Virus record (IMG/VR): IMGVR_UViG_2061766007_000547 | DNA from: an uncultured virus (IMG/VR IMGVR_UViG_2061766007_000547) | Taxonomy: Duplodnaviria; Heunggongvirae; Uroviricota; Caudoviricetes | Length of the DNA stretch: 64,000 bases | Direction: 5' to 3' (one strand) | Part shown: piece after piece, positions 29,087-39,130 of the stretch | Layout of the letters: each line of letters opens with the position of its first letter | Numbering within the stretch: position 1 is the stretch's first letter | Position numbers and translations under genes: made by a program | Notes under the pieces: generated by a model | What the model was told of the DNA's origin: nothing | Databases searched by the model: none | Seen by the model: only the letters and a program-made list of their open reading frames with translations

Positions 29087-30063
29087 TTTGTCCTTTCCTT
29101 TACTATCTTTTTAAATGCTTTGTATCCCATGTCGGTAGGCGATACTTTATTATGTGCTTTGCTCATGTCGATATAACCAACTTTATTACGCCAAAACTTA
29201 CTATCTATAATAACTTTGCGAGCCTGTTCTTTAATTTCTTCTTCTGGAAGTCCTGCGTCAAATGCTATGATCACATCGACACCTAAAGATTTAATATGTC
29301 GTGCTTGTGCATTGCTGATATCATGACCGCCAACTGCAACCATAAGATTAAAGCCCCATGACGCTGCTTGACACACTGATTTTTCAGCTTCAACGATAAA
29401 AACAACCTGTTTCCGCATGATATAAGTATAATTTTGATGCCAGCCGTATAGAATTAAAGATTTGGCATACGGCAAATACATCGACCAGCGTTCTGATGGA
29501 TCACATTGTCCATTATATCTGGCTTTAGCACCAACAAGCTCGCCGTTTGTATTGTATTCTGGTATTACAATCCTGTTGCTTTCAAGATCAAGTCGAATAC
29601 CAAAGCGTTCTTGCGTAAGGTAATCAACGCCGTCTTTAAACCACATTTCGCTTAGTGCGTCGGGCGGCGGTAATACATTTTCTTCATAGACAGTCATTTC
29701 GGTATCGGTAGCACGTTCCGAACTGGTTAAGCCCCGATAAAACCCTGAAAACGGATAGCGTATGTAATTTTTCCTATCATCATAACCGATTGTGTTGGCT
29801 ATAAATCTTAAAGCTGTACCAAAACCGACGTCTTTTTCGTCCATAACAAGACTAAAGATGTTCCCCTTACGTCCTCTTGTATAATTATTGTATAGCAATC
29901 CTTCTTTAAGAATTGAGATTGCAGTATGATTATCGCCGTCAAGATTACTGCATTGATAATATCTGCCCCTGTCTCTAACGTCGCAATGTCCAAGGGCTTC
30001 TAGGATTACCTCAATCAATTCAGGATTGTTTTCTATCTTATTGATAATCCCAGATATATTCAT
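29077..30063 (-). CDS. DNA primase (TOPRIM)
   Basis: RIVIPEYN..GELVG.KAR, IVEAEKSV, IIAFDAG, SPTD. Confidence 0.88.
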   Translation of the reverse strand: MNISGIINKIENNPELIEVILEALGHCDVRDRGRYYQCSNLDGDNHTAISILKEGLLYNNYTRGRKGNIFSLVMDEKDVGFGTALRFIANTIGYDDRKNYIRYPFSGFYRGLTSSERATDTEMTVYEENVLPPPDALSEMWFKDGVDYLTQERFGIRLDLESNRIVIPEYNTNGELVGAKARYNGQCDPSERWSMYLPYAKSLILYGWHQNYTYIMRKQVVFIVEAEKSVCQAASWGFNLMVAVGGHDISNAQARHIKSLGVDVIIAFDAGLPEEEIKEQARKVIIDSKFWRNKVGYIDMSKAHNKVSPTDMGYKAFKKIVKERTKWV

Positions 30064-30065
30064 TT

Positions 30066-31523
30066 TTATACCCCACGATGATCATTTAATATATTGCAGT
30101 AGCCAACCTCTGTCCATTTGTTCCAGACGCTATCCCACTGATATAAGATACATCGTGCGTTTTCATCATTTCTGGTCTTGTCGATAAAGATAACAATATA
30201 AATCTTATCAGGATCAAGAGTGATATACTCTTTTGTCTTAGTTTGATTGTCAAATTTATATGGTTTACAATCATACTTTTCATTAGTGTACTCATCATGC
30301 CATAACTTTCTCATCATGATATGTTCACTGACAACTTCCTTGATCTGTTTGGAATTACTGAGACAGCCAGCATCAAGATAACGCTGATTAGTTGTATATA
30401 GTGCCAACTGAAATGTGCATACAAGACTCCATTTCTCTTTGGCTACCAGATTAAATACCCTACGGCTGCTCATAAGCAATTCCTGCCACATTTTATCGCC
30501 TGTAGTGTCGTCACTCTTGTAGGTATCCCACATAAATACCTGACTTCCATATAAACGATTGGCGCGTTTCATCTGTCGCATTACTGTCGAAGCATCGTTA
30601 CCAAATATCTTGATGAAATATATGTTAGTGTATTTAGTATTGATGATCTCCGCTGCTTCATTGATTTTCATTCGCTGCTCATCGTCCCATTTGCCCATTT
30701 TTAATTTCTTACGGGTTAGCTTGTAATATTTGAGATCATGAGTAAGTACATACATCAATAACAGTTGTTTGTATTGCTTCAGCTGCATTTCGTTTGATAC
30801 AATTGTTACAGGACTACCGCCTTGCGCTATTGATATCATCATATAGAAACAAAACGATGTCTTGCCAGCGCCAGAATGACCAGAGATTAGCATTATGTCA
30901 CCAATTGGTAAGCCTAACGTAGTATAATTCAGTAACGGATAAGCGGTATAATATGAAACGCCCTGATCTTCGCCGTTTTCAAGTGATTTGATATCCGTAT
31001 TGCTTATCATTAAGTTATCAATCCTTGATTCGTTTTTGCTTGTCATGATAGCCGAACTGTTAAGCAGATCAAATGTCTTATAAACTTCTTCAGACGAAAC
31101 ATTATCAAATCTCCCTAAGTCATTGAATACTTCGTCTGTTTTTGCGGCTATCTTGAGCAGCGCATTCTTTTTAACTATGTTGTCATAATAAGAGTCGATG
31201 TTGTCAGTAGATACAAGGCTTCTTAAATGCTCAACCTCATGCCAGCCACCATACTGTTCAAACTGCTCATAAAGCTGTGGTCTAGTAGATAAATAATTTG
31301 AAACTGATATATTATCAAATGTGTTCAGTCCTTGTTTCCGTAGCGCCCTGCCTAACTGGAAGTAAAAGATTGCGTCTTTTACGATCAGGGTATTATCATC
31401 GCCAATATTGATTTCCTTATAGTCATCATATAAGGTAGGCTCTCTCCAAAAGCAGAAAACAAACGAACACTCCAGCCGCTCTCTGTCTTTATATAATTCT
31501 TCTTTAATTTTATCTAAGTCCAT
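30066..31523 (-). CDS. DnaB-like replicative helicase
   Basis: Walker A GHSGAGKT, SNEM, WDTYK, FQL, DKTR. Confidence 0.9.
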   Translation of the reverse strand: MDLDKIKEELYKDRERLECSFVFCFWREPTLYDDYKEINIGDDNTLIVKDAIFYFQLGRALRKQGLNTFDNISVSNYLSTRPQLYEQFEQYGGWHEVEHLRSLVSTDNIDSYYDNIVKKNALLKIAAKTDEVFNDLGRFDNVSSEEVYKTFDLLNSSAIMTSKNESRIDNLMISNTDIKSLENGEDQGVSYYTAYPLLNYTTLGLPIGDIMLISGHSGAGKTSFCFYMMISIAQGGSPVTIVSNEMQLKQYKQLLLMYVLTHDLKYYKLTRKKLKMGKWDDEQRMKINEAAEIINTKYTNIYFIKIFGNDASTVMRQMKRANRLYGSQVFMWDTYKSDDTTGDKMWQELLMSSRRVFNLVAKEKWSLVCTFQLALYTTNQRYLDAGCLSNSKQIKEVVSEHIMMRKLWHDEYTNEKYDCKPYKFDNQTKTKEYITLDPDKIYIVIFIDKTRNDENARCILYQWDSVWNKWTEVGYCNILNDHRGV

Positions 31524-31524
31524 G

Positions 31525-32019
31525 TTACATATCCCCCAATAAATTTCCTACGCCCATGCTCGTTCTTGGACTGCAGCCGACATCTTCTAGGTTGTCGATC
31601 TCAATATTAACGGTCTTGGGCTTTTCTGTTTTGCGTTTTTCTATTTTAAGGGCGTCGTTCAGCCTGTTCTGTATAATTGCAGATAAGTATGCCACCCTTG
31701 AATTTTCATTTTCAAATGTCTTATATATAGAAGCTGAGCGCACGTCCATATCGGCAAGTGCCATAGCTGTATATACTACTTCATATCCGTATGTTGACCA
31801 GTCTTTAAGTTTTTTGTAGAATATGGTCGGCATTTTCATATAGCTGTCATATAACATAAAGTCATACATATACTCTATGCATTTCTTTCGCATTTCTTCG
31901 TTCTTAACTACTGCCTGATAAGCAGCTTCAGAGGAATAATAAAAACCGTTTGGAGCTTTATATGCATCTTTGCGGTCTATCTTATCATTACTATTCAGAT
32001 CATGTATCTTTACTAACAT
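31525..32019 (-). CDS. Hypothetical replication-module protein (SPbeta YorH position)
   Basis: Lies between the AAA ATPase and the helicase. Confidence 0.65.
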   Translation of the reverse strand: MLVKIHDLNSNDKIDRKDAYKAPNGFYYSSEAAYQAVVKNEEMRKKCIEYMYDFMLYDSYMKMPTIFYKKLKDWSTYGYEVVYTAMALADMDVRSASIYKTFENENSRVAYLSAIIQNRLNDALKIEKRKTEKPKTVNIEIDNLEDVGCSPRTSMGVGNLLGDM

Positions 32020-32032
32020 TGCTGTACCTCCG

Positions 32033-32068
32033 AAAAAAAAATACCCAGTGCCGTTATCAGCACTGGGT
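32033..32068 (-). terminator. Rho-independent terminator
   Basis: ACCCAGTGC/GCACTGGGT stem followed by a T9 run on the minus strand. Confidence 0.8.
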
Positions 32069-32074
32069 TATGGA

Positions 32075-33208
32075 TCATATTCCTGCGTCAATTGTTTGAA
32101 GCAGTTTTACAGGAACGTTGGGATCGGTCAATTTTGCATAACCCTCGGCTGTAAGCCATTCCTTAATCTTATTTTTCGTTTCGTTTGTTAGATTAGGAAA
32201 CTTTGCCTGTATGGATTTAAGTACGTCACTTCTCTTGACCTCCTCCTGTTCTTCAATTTTCTTTGCCTTAGCCGCTTTAGAGGTTTCTATTGCCTGTTCC
32301 TCTGCAGCCTTAGCTTGCTCGGCTTGTTTTGCCTTAGCATCCTCGATAGATATTCCGTCTTTTGCTTGTTCAGCACGGATCGCATCTTCCATAGCCTCGA
32401 TAAAGGCATCTGCGTCAAAAGGTATCTGATCTACGATATTAGCAAATCTGCATTTGCTATCAACCGAATAAGTATCATCACGGAAGTTGATAACACGGCT
32501 TTCTCCAGATATCTTGTTCTTGACAATAGCATTGCCTTCCTTGTCCTGTTTCTTGGTTTTGATCTTGACCATTTCCCTGTCGATATATGCCATACCTAAG
32601 AAGTCAAGCTTTGTCTTGATAGCGTTGAAGTACTTCTGAGTAGTTGAAGCAGTAAGCATTGAGTACTGTTCTTCACTCATAACATCAGTCACATCAGTTC
32701 TCTTAACATGAGCAATGATAATGAATGATACGCCAACGCTCTTTAATGACCAGAGCTTTTCAAGTATAAGATCAATTGCTTTATCAAGTCCTTTGCCGTA
32801 GCCGCCAAATGCTGCATTGATCGTATCAACTTGAGGTTTCTGTTGCTCCATGCATTTCTTATTCCAGAGTCTTACAACTTCCTTTTCAGCAAGATCACAC
32901 AGCTGATCATAAGTATCGATTGCAACTACTCTTAACTTAGGATAATCTTCCTGTTTGTTTTCAACGATATCGTCGATAACCTCAGCGAACTTACCCCATG
33001 TTCTTACAGGCTCGGAAACGATACCAGAGATTGCATGGTGACCATCTTCCTTACCGATATCAAGCATCATGTAGCCGTCATTGCCAGCGAGCTTCTCACA
33101 AACTTGCTTGATGATTGTTGATTTACCAATACCAGACTCACCCAAAAGTCCAATATTGTACGCCAGTGGATCAAGATTAATTTCGATTTTCTTACCGAAC
33201 TTACCCAT
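32075..33208 (-). CDS. AAA_24 / Sak4-like ATPase
   Basis: GESGIGKS, VAIDT, GGYGKG, IIAH. Confidence 0.85.
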   Translation of the reverse strand: MGKFGKKIEINLDPLAYNIGLLGESGIGKSTIIKQVCEKLAGNDGYMMLDIGKEDGHHAISGIVSEPVRTWGKFAEVIDDIVENKQEDYPKLRVVAIDTYDQLCDLAEKEVVRLWNKKCMEQQKPQVDTINAAFGGYGKGLDKAIDLILEKLWSLKSVGVSFIIIAHVKRTDVTDVMSEEQYSMLTASTTQKYFNAIKTKLDFLGMAYIDREMVKIKTKKQDKEGNAIVKNKISGESRVINFRDDTYSVDSKCRFANIVDQIPFDADAFIEAMEDAIRAEQAKDGISIEDAKAKQAEQAKAAEEQAIETSKAAKAKKIEEQEEVKRSDVLKSIQAKFPNLTNETKNKIKEWLTAEGYAKLTDPNVPVKLLQTIDAGI

Positions 33209-33317
33209 GTGTATTTCCTCCTTAATTTATAAATAAGCTTGCGGGGCTTGAAAGACAGGTTTCTTGGTTGATTGTATTTTTGGATTGTGAACACCCCGCA
33301 AGTTTATTCCAATGTAA

Positions 33318-34424
33318 TTAATTAAACAGATCGTCCAGATCAACGCCGTTATCGCTTGATACATCTGCAGGCTTAGCCGCTTCCTTTTTAGGAGCAGCAG
33401 GCTCTGCATCTGGTGAATAGATCATGCCCTTGAAATCATCAGGTGTGATGTCTTTAAGAACAATAAAGCCATCGGCATAATCATCACGGAGATTAAAACT
33501 GAATAACTTATATGTTGTTACTCTCTCACCATAAATAGTTCCCTTAGGTCTGAAGTCATCAAGCGTCATAAGACCACAAGCTATCAGTGACTTCTGATTT
33601 TCAGAAAGCTGGCTCTCGTCAAACTCTACGGTCTCGGCTCCGTTAGTATAGCGGCACCTGATAGGGAGCTGACAAACCGACTCTTTCTTAATTTTCGACT
33701 TGATTGTTCCGTTAACATATTCAAGTCCGATCTGCTTTAACTTCATATTAAGAACAGTCAAATGCTTCTCATCATTGAAGTCGATCTTGCTTGCATCAAA
33801 GATAACAGGGCATGATACATACTTGTTCTGTAATGTTGAGTTGATGTACTGGCTGAAGTATCCGTTGATATTAACAATCTTCTTCTCAGCCCACTCCTCT
33901 GTATCAATTGAAGCGGCTGTCCATACATAATCAAAGTCAACTTCAAGGTTGGGCTTCTCCTCATTCTCAACTTCGTACATATTCTGGATAACAAATCTCT
34001 GGGAAACTTTTCCGTTGTAAACATTTAGCTTGATAGTGCCCATTACGATAAAGTCCTTATCTTTTAACAGGCTTGCATTGCTACAAAGGAACTTAGAAAA
34101 ATCATAATCGGTGATAAATGAATGCTTTTCACCATTGAACTTAATAGAATACTGACGATAGTAAGCTACCTTTTTAAGCCAGCCCTCGTCATTACGCTGA
34201 TCCCAAGGGATAACGATTGAATCTCCGTTAACATCTTTGGTCTCAATCTTTTCCCTTATCTGACCATAAAGCTCACAGAATGCTCTGTTGTTCTTGTCCT
34301 GATTAACGATACAGTTGAAGGTCACATACTTATCTCCGTTAGTAGTCATACCTTCACGCTTGTATGGAATTTTAGAATCAAGAGCATTAAGTCCGATTTT
34401 GCCTACGAATCTGAATCTGTTCAT
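33318..34424 (-). CDS. Putative single-stranded DNA-binding protein
   Basis: Position in the replication module; acidic C-terminal tail DLDDLFN. Confidence 0.6.
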   Translation of the reverse strand: MNRFRFVGKIGLNALDSKIPYKREGMTTNGDKYVTFNCIVNQDKNNRAFCELYGQIREKIETKDVNGDSIVIPWDQRNDEGWLKKVAYYRQYSIKFNGEKHSFITDYDFSKFLCSNASLLKDKDFIVMGTIKLNVYNGKVSQRFVIQNMYEVENEEKPNLEVDFDYVWTAASIDTEEWAEKKIVNINGYFSQYINSTLQNKYVSCPVIFDASKIDFNDEKHLTVLNMKLKQIGLEYVNGTIKSKIKKESVCQLPIRCRYTNGAETVEFDESQLSENQKSLIACGLMTLDDFRPKGTIYGERVTTYKLFSFNLRDDYADGFIVLKDITPDDFKGMIYSPDAEPAAPKKEAAKPADVSSDNGVDLDDLFN

Positions 34425-34475
34425 ACGCGTCTCCTTTTCATCATTATTAAATTGTTGTAGGGGGTTTATGTTCGT

Positions 34476-34504
34476 ACTATACACCATTTTAGAACGATTG
34501 TCAA
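34476..34504 (-). promoter_or_regulatory. Sigma-A promoter of the replication operon
   Basis: TTGACA-17-TATAGT. Confidence 0.75.
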
Positions 34505-34536
34505 TACTTATTTTTTAACTTGTTTAAATATTTTTT

Positions 34537-34770
34537 CTAAAATTCAAAGCGGATATTATCATTCTGCCAGATTTCCATTACAGTATCATCTTCCTCACAC
34601 AATACAGGAAGATTATCAAGCGGAACTCTGATCTCGCCATAATCCAGATCGCTGAGGACGAGTTCGTTTTCCGTTACGTCCACATTACAGATATCAAATT
34701 TAACATCCTTTGCAAGACCAGTAGATATGTAACAAATTTCAAGTTCAGAAGCTCTTTCAATAAACGTCAT
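34537..34770 (-). CDS. Hypothetical protein
   Basis: RBS and TG-TATAAT upstream. Confidence 0.6.
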   Translation of the reverse strand: MTFIERASELEICYISTGLAKDVKFDICNVDVTENELVLSDLDYGEIRVPLDNLPVLCEEDDTVMEIWQNDNIRFEF

Positions 34771-34923
34771 AGTTCCTTTTCTCCTTTTAATCTTTTCTAT
34801 ATTATAACACAAATCTTTTAAAATGTATGTAGTTTTTATTAGCATAAATCGTTTTAAAATCGTTTTATTTTTTACTTAATTGTGTGTAAATTTCCGTTCT
34901 ATAGGGGAAAATAAATAGGCGGA

Positions 34924-35826
34924 CTATTCGCCACCTATTGCAACGCTATACTTATAAGCATATGCTTTATAAGACTGAATTTCTCCATATATCAATTCAA
35001 TATCCTTGTTCTTTGAGATCGCCTCCTCTATACTGCATCCATACTGTTTCATCGTTTCGGTTATCAGATGTATTCTGCCAGACTCTTTAAGTGCTTTGGC
35101 GGTAAAGCCAGACACACCGAGAATGTCCTGCATCTTTCTTAGCTTCTTTTGTATGGTACTGTAATGTACTTCTTCGTCCTGACCGCTATGAGTAATAACC
35201 TTCTTTATAATATGATCATCATTTACATCTAACGGAAATTCCTTACGTTTCCCTAATGAGCCACTATTATAATAGGTATATTCATCAGCCGCCCTCCTTG
35301 CATAACGCTGCAATTCTTCTGTCATAATTACTTTAACATCTGGCTTTATATAACAGAAACCATTATAAGCATCTTGCTTTGTTAAAGATAATAATGTTTT
35401 ACATTGATCGCCGCATATTCCTTCAAAGATTGCCAAAGGAATAAACTGATCAACAGGATTTTCTGACAACGACCGCAATAAGCTCAATAACTTTTCCCTT
35501 GTAACAATCTTATCTTTTAATAATCCAATATTGACACACGACATCAGTATCTTATAATCAATTTCGTTATAGTGGTTCTGGTTGTCTGGTATCAGGTTTT
35601 GTAGCTGGCACCATGCGGCATATTGACGGAATTGGCAGTTGATATTATTCAAGAAATCAACTGACGGGCTATATAATAACTTATAAAAGTCTGTTATTTC
35701 CCTTATACTGAAACATGACAGGTCTTTTGCCAACTTATCCTCATAATCCTTTACTTTTGCAAAGCACGGCTCTACTGCCTTGTTAGCAGTTTCTCTTATA
35801 TATCTTTCCTTTATGTCCATATTCAT
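34924..35826 (-). CDS. MrpR/YopR-like lytic repressor (inactive tyrosine-recombinase fold)
   Basis: EDKLAKDL..FS..EI, LAIFEGICG, KALKESG; lacks the R-H-R-H-Y set; follows the DndB-like gene. Confidence 0.7.
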   Translation of the reverse strand: MNMDIKERYIRETANKAVEPCFAKVKDYEDKLAKDLSCFSIREITDFYKLLYSPSVDFLNNINCQFRQYAAWCQLQNLIPDNQNHYNEIDYKILMSCVNIGLLKDKIVTREKLLSLLRSLSENPVDQFIPLAIFEGICGDQCKTLLSLTKQDAYNGFCYIKPDVKVIMTEELQRYARRAADEYTYYNSGSLGKRKEFPLDVNDDHIIKKVITHSGQDEEVHYSTIQKKLRKMQDILGVSGFTAKALKESGRIHLITETMKQYGCSIEEAISKNKDIELIYGEIQSYKAYAYKYSVAIGGE

Positions 35827-37007
35827 ACCATCACCGCCTTCCGTATGCGATTTACGATTGTTCTGTTGACAGTTTTTCCTATGACCATATTATTATCCTT
35901 TATTATTTTTTCGATAGATAAGAGCTTGTCTTTGTTCATCTTGCTATTAAAAGCAAGCAATGCAAAGGCTATTGTAAACGGCACCGACCATTTCTCTTTT
36001 AGGTCTATATCATATTCGTCCTGTACCAAATTAACAGCATTTACAAAGAGATTGCTTAGTTCGTTCTTTGCCTTGTTGTCATATCTAATACCACTTTTAA
36101 TACATAAACAACGGATCAATTCTGATAGCACAGCCTCATCTATCACGCCGCCGTTTCTTGCAATATTGATTGTGCCAGCGAGTTTATTTTTTATTTTAGC
36201 ACATATTTCATTTGCTGGATCGGTAGCTGATAGAGCATCAGAGTCAATCTTACGCATTTTTGTTTTCTGATCTTCCTGCCAGATAAAATGCCTTTCTTTA
36301 ATTTCAGGAAAGACAACGATCCTCAGTTCCATTGGATAATTAAACTTATGATTAAGATTATACATATTAGAAAGTGCAATAAGACGATGATAGCCGTCAA
36401 GGATGTCAAATTTTATCTCGTCCTTGATAGTTAACGTCATTGTTTCCTTATTATATGTAAAATCTGTATCGGGAGATATATTAAATGTTAATGTGTTTGG
36501 TACAAAGTCACCAGTTTTAAGCATTTCCATTATGCTATTGACCGCTTTACGATTAATATTGATAGTATAACCTTCTGGCAATTGCTTTAATGTTCTTTGT
36601 GCATTTTCATTGTAATTGATCAGCTGGGCGTCACGCAGACGGATCAGTTCTTTTACAGTGATACGACCAATATACTGTGAAGATTCTTTTATTTCAACCA
36701 TCTTTTCAAACTTATATGGAAATGTAACTTGTTTAGCTTGCATTACGGCAGCTCCATAATTATGTATTTCTGACGGTGTGAAATAATAGTCGATATTCAA
36801 CCCGCAAACCTGAGCCAGACTAAACAAGATAAAATCATCATAATCTTTAAGTTCCGTTCTTAGTGTTAAAATACTGGTTGAGATTTCAATAGGAATATTT
36901 TTTCTTGCGTACAGTGTAGTCGCCACTTCTTTTTGCCATGTTCTTGCCGCTATATTTGCTTTGAATAATCTGTCTAAATCTATCAACAGTTGGTCTTTTT
37001 GTAACAT
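35823..37007 (-). CDS. DndB/ParB-like (DGQHR-type) protein, YopQ-like
   Basis: YNENAQR, PNTLTFN, DILDGYHRL, FIWQED. Confidence 0.78.
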   Translation of the reverse strand: MLQKDQLLIDLDRLFKANIAARTWQKEVATTLYARKNIPIEISTSILTLRTELKDYDDFILFSLAQVCGLNIDYYFTPSEIHNYGAAVMQAKQVTFPYKFEKMVEIKESSQYIGRITVKELIRLRDAQLINYNENAQRTLKQLPEGYTININRKAVNSIMEMLKTGDFVPNTLTFNISPDTDFTYNKETMTLTIKDEIKFDILDGYHRLIALSNMYNLNHKFNYPMELRIVVFPEIKERHFIWQEDQKTKMRKIDSDALSATDPANEICAKIKNKLAGTINIARNGGVIDEAVLSELIRCLCIKSGIRYDNKAKNELSNLFVNAVNLVQDEYDIDLKEKWSVPFTIAFALLAFNSKMNKDKLLSIEKIIKDNNMVIGKTVNRTIVNRIRKAVMV

Positions 37008-37026
37008 ATACATACCTCCCTTCTTC

Positions 37027-37054
37027 ATTATATTTTTATTTAATATCTTGTCAA
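37027..37054 (-). promoter_or_regulatory. Sigma-A promoter
   Basis: TTGACA-16-TATAAT. Confidence 0.65.
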
Positions 37055-38022
37055 GCTAAATTTTGCATTGTAAGCTTGCTCATAATGTTGGACGCCGTTG
37101 CTACGCTCTTGTTTACCTGACCTCTGATATAAAGCTCTGTTGTTGTTGGACTTTTATGCCCCATTGCCACCTGAGTAAGATAGATATCTTTCGTTGCGTT
37201 ATAAACCTGAGTTCCATATGTTGCTCTAAGTTTATGAGGAGTGATGTGCTTTCCTTTTATATCTTTAGCATAGATCTGAATGATCTCAGCTATCCTATCT
37301 GTTGACAACCTCGTTCCTTTTTCAGATACAAACAATGCATTTTCAGTAATATCTGCTTTGCTAACACGTACTTTCAGCCAATCTTCTGCAAGCTTTAAGA
37401 GATCATCGTTAAGAGGATACGTTCTTACCTTGCCTCTCTTTTCTGTTGTAGTCAGCTGTCCATTTTCAAAATCAATATCATTTACATCAAGCTTCCAAAC
37501 ACCTGAACATCTTAAACCAGTGTTTAAGAATAGCTGAATAAGAAACATATCGCGCTCTTTCCAGTTTTTAGCTGAACGGCACCCAGTTCCCTTCTTAACA
37601 TTTTGAATAAACTGCGGGATTTCTTCTTCTGATAAGAAACCTCTTTCCCTTTTATCAACTGTTGACTGACGCTCAGTTGCATTCGGTCTTTCGATAAATT
37701 CCATATGATCCTTTATTGTCTTGCCTGATACAAACAGATATTTACTATATTTCTTTAACGCTGAATATATAACGATCTGTGCTGCTGGAACCAGCTTCCT
37801 GATACCAGCCATATAATTTGAATAGTCATCAAAACCGATTTCTCTTATCGGACGTGCAGTCTGCTCTAAGAACCTTGCTACTTCATACGCATACTTGTAT
37901 AACGTGCCGTAAGAAAGATTAATATTGAAGTTTGTGAACTCCTTTAGGTAATAGTTTGGATACTGTTCAATTACCGAATTAAGTTTTGCCTTCCAACGAT
38001 CTTCATGTACTGTATTGCTCAT
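37051..38022 (-). CDS. XerC/D-like tyrosine recombinase (YopP-like)
   Basis: TGLRCS, EKRGK, TPHKLRAT, MGH, TELY. Confidence 0.92.
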   Translation of the reverse strand: MSNTVHEDRWKAKLNSVIEQYPNYYLKEFTNFNINLSYGTLYKYAYEVARFLEQTARPIREIGFDDYSNYMAGIRKLVPAAQIVIYSALKKYSKYLFVSGKTIKDHMEFIERPNATERQSTVDKRERGFLSEEEIPQFIQNVKKGTGCRSAKNWKERDMFLIQLFLNTGLRCSGVWKLDVNDIDFENGQLTTTEKRGKVRTYPLNDDLLKLAEDWLKVRVSKADITENALFVSEKGTRLSTDRIAEIIQIYAKDIKGKHITPHKLRATYGTQVYNATKDIYLTQVAMGHKSPTTTELYIRGQVNKSVATASNIMSKLTMQNLA

Positions 38023-38690
38023 CTAATCCACCCCCTGTCTTTGCAAGCTTCAGGCTTTCTTGAATTGTACCTGAAGTTATTCCAATATGAACCACCGATA
38101 CCATTGTGGACACAGGTATTATAATCACCGATCAATCCGCTTCTGTCGATTTCATCTTTCATATTAAATTCCCTTATCATATCTCTGAAGCCTTCTTCAG
38201 TATAATACCTGTAACCCATTTGTTTGCACATTAATTCAAAGCGAAGCTGATTATCCGTAGGTCTCTCTACCTTTAATGTATCAAGATTTACCCAAAGATC
38301 AGCATTCTTATAATGTATGATCGTATAATAACCTAACGTATCATTCTTTTTTTGTACGATATATCTCTTAATGGTATGTCCACCAAGTAATACTGTTGTA
38401 TATTCAACTGGTTGTCCACCATTTTGCTTTGCTTTAAGCTTTGCTTTTTCTTCTGTTTCGTCCATAATAAAGTTACCCTTTTTATCACGGATATAAACAT
38501 GATTATTCCATGGTGCTCTAAAATCATATACGATCTGGTTGTTTGATTTCAAGTGCATCCGCCCCTTTGTATCTCTATATACAAAGGGATCGAATGATTG
38601 ACGTTTTAAATATGCATTGTCACTGGTTTCTCTTCCCGTCCTTATAAACCAGCATACAATATATATAATTATCGCAAATATACCAAACAT
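38019..38690 (-). CDS. Membrane-anchored hypothetical protein
   Basis: N-terminal TM helix. Confidence 0.7.
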   Translation of the reverse strand: MFGIFAIIIYIVCWFIRTGRETSDNAYLKRQSFDPFVYRDTKGRMHLKSNNQIVYDFRAPWNNHVYIRDKKGNFIMDETEEKAKLKAKQNGGQPVEYTTVLLGGHTIKRYIVQKKNDTLGYYTIIHYKNADLWVNLDTLKVERPTDNQLRFELMCKQMGYRYYTEEGFRDMIREFNMKDEIDRSGLIGDYNTCVHNGIGGSYWNNFRYNSRKPEACKDRGWIR

Positions 38691-38917
38691 TAAACCACCC
38701 CTCCCAATGTATCCAAAGCCTCGTCTATTGTGTCCATTGCATCGGATATGTCACTTATTGCATCTTCCATATTTGAAGCTCGTATTGTACACTGTAAATT
38801 CTCAGGAAGATTATCATATGCGTCCTGCTCCTCATCAAATACAATACCAAGTTCTGTCTTAGCGTCCTGCAGCATACTCATTATCTTTTTTATTTTATTC
38901 CGTCTTTCGTTATTCAT
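38690..38917 (-). CDS. Conserved small helical phage protein
   Basis: MNNERR...EEQDAYDNLPENLQ family motif. Confidence 0.75.
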   Translation of the reverse strand: MNNERRNKIKKIMSMLQDAKTELGIVFDEEQDAYDNLPENLQCTIRASNMEDAISDISDAMDTIDEALDTLGGVV

Positions 38918-38936
38918 AATTTTATTCTCCTTTTCT

Positions 38937-38966
38937 ATTATATCGTACTGTAGGTATTTTTGTCAA
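38937..38966 (-). promoter_or_regulatory. Sigma-A promoter of the lysogeny-like operon
   Basis: TTGACA-18-TATAAT. Confidence 0.7.
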
Positions 38967-39130
38967 GTATAATTATTAACTTGTCCGATCTCTTGCCCGA
39001 TACATAGTAACACCTCCCTTATAGTTTGTTCATAAAATCATCTGCTTGACTTTCAGTATCAAACAGATATACATTTCCATTGTAATATACTACCCATTGA
39101 TCTCTACACTCAGAAAATTTCTTCTCCATA

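Noticed and set aside
35823..37007. Dnd phosphorothioation system
   Set aside because: Only a DndB-like domain is present, with no dndA/C/D/E; the context matches the SPbeta repressor operon
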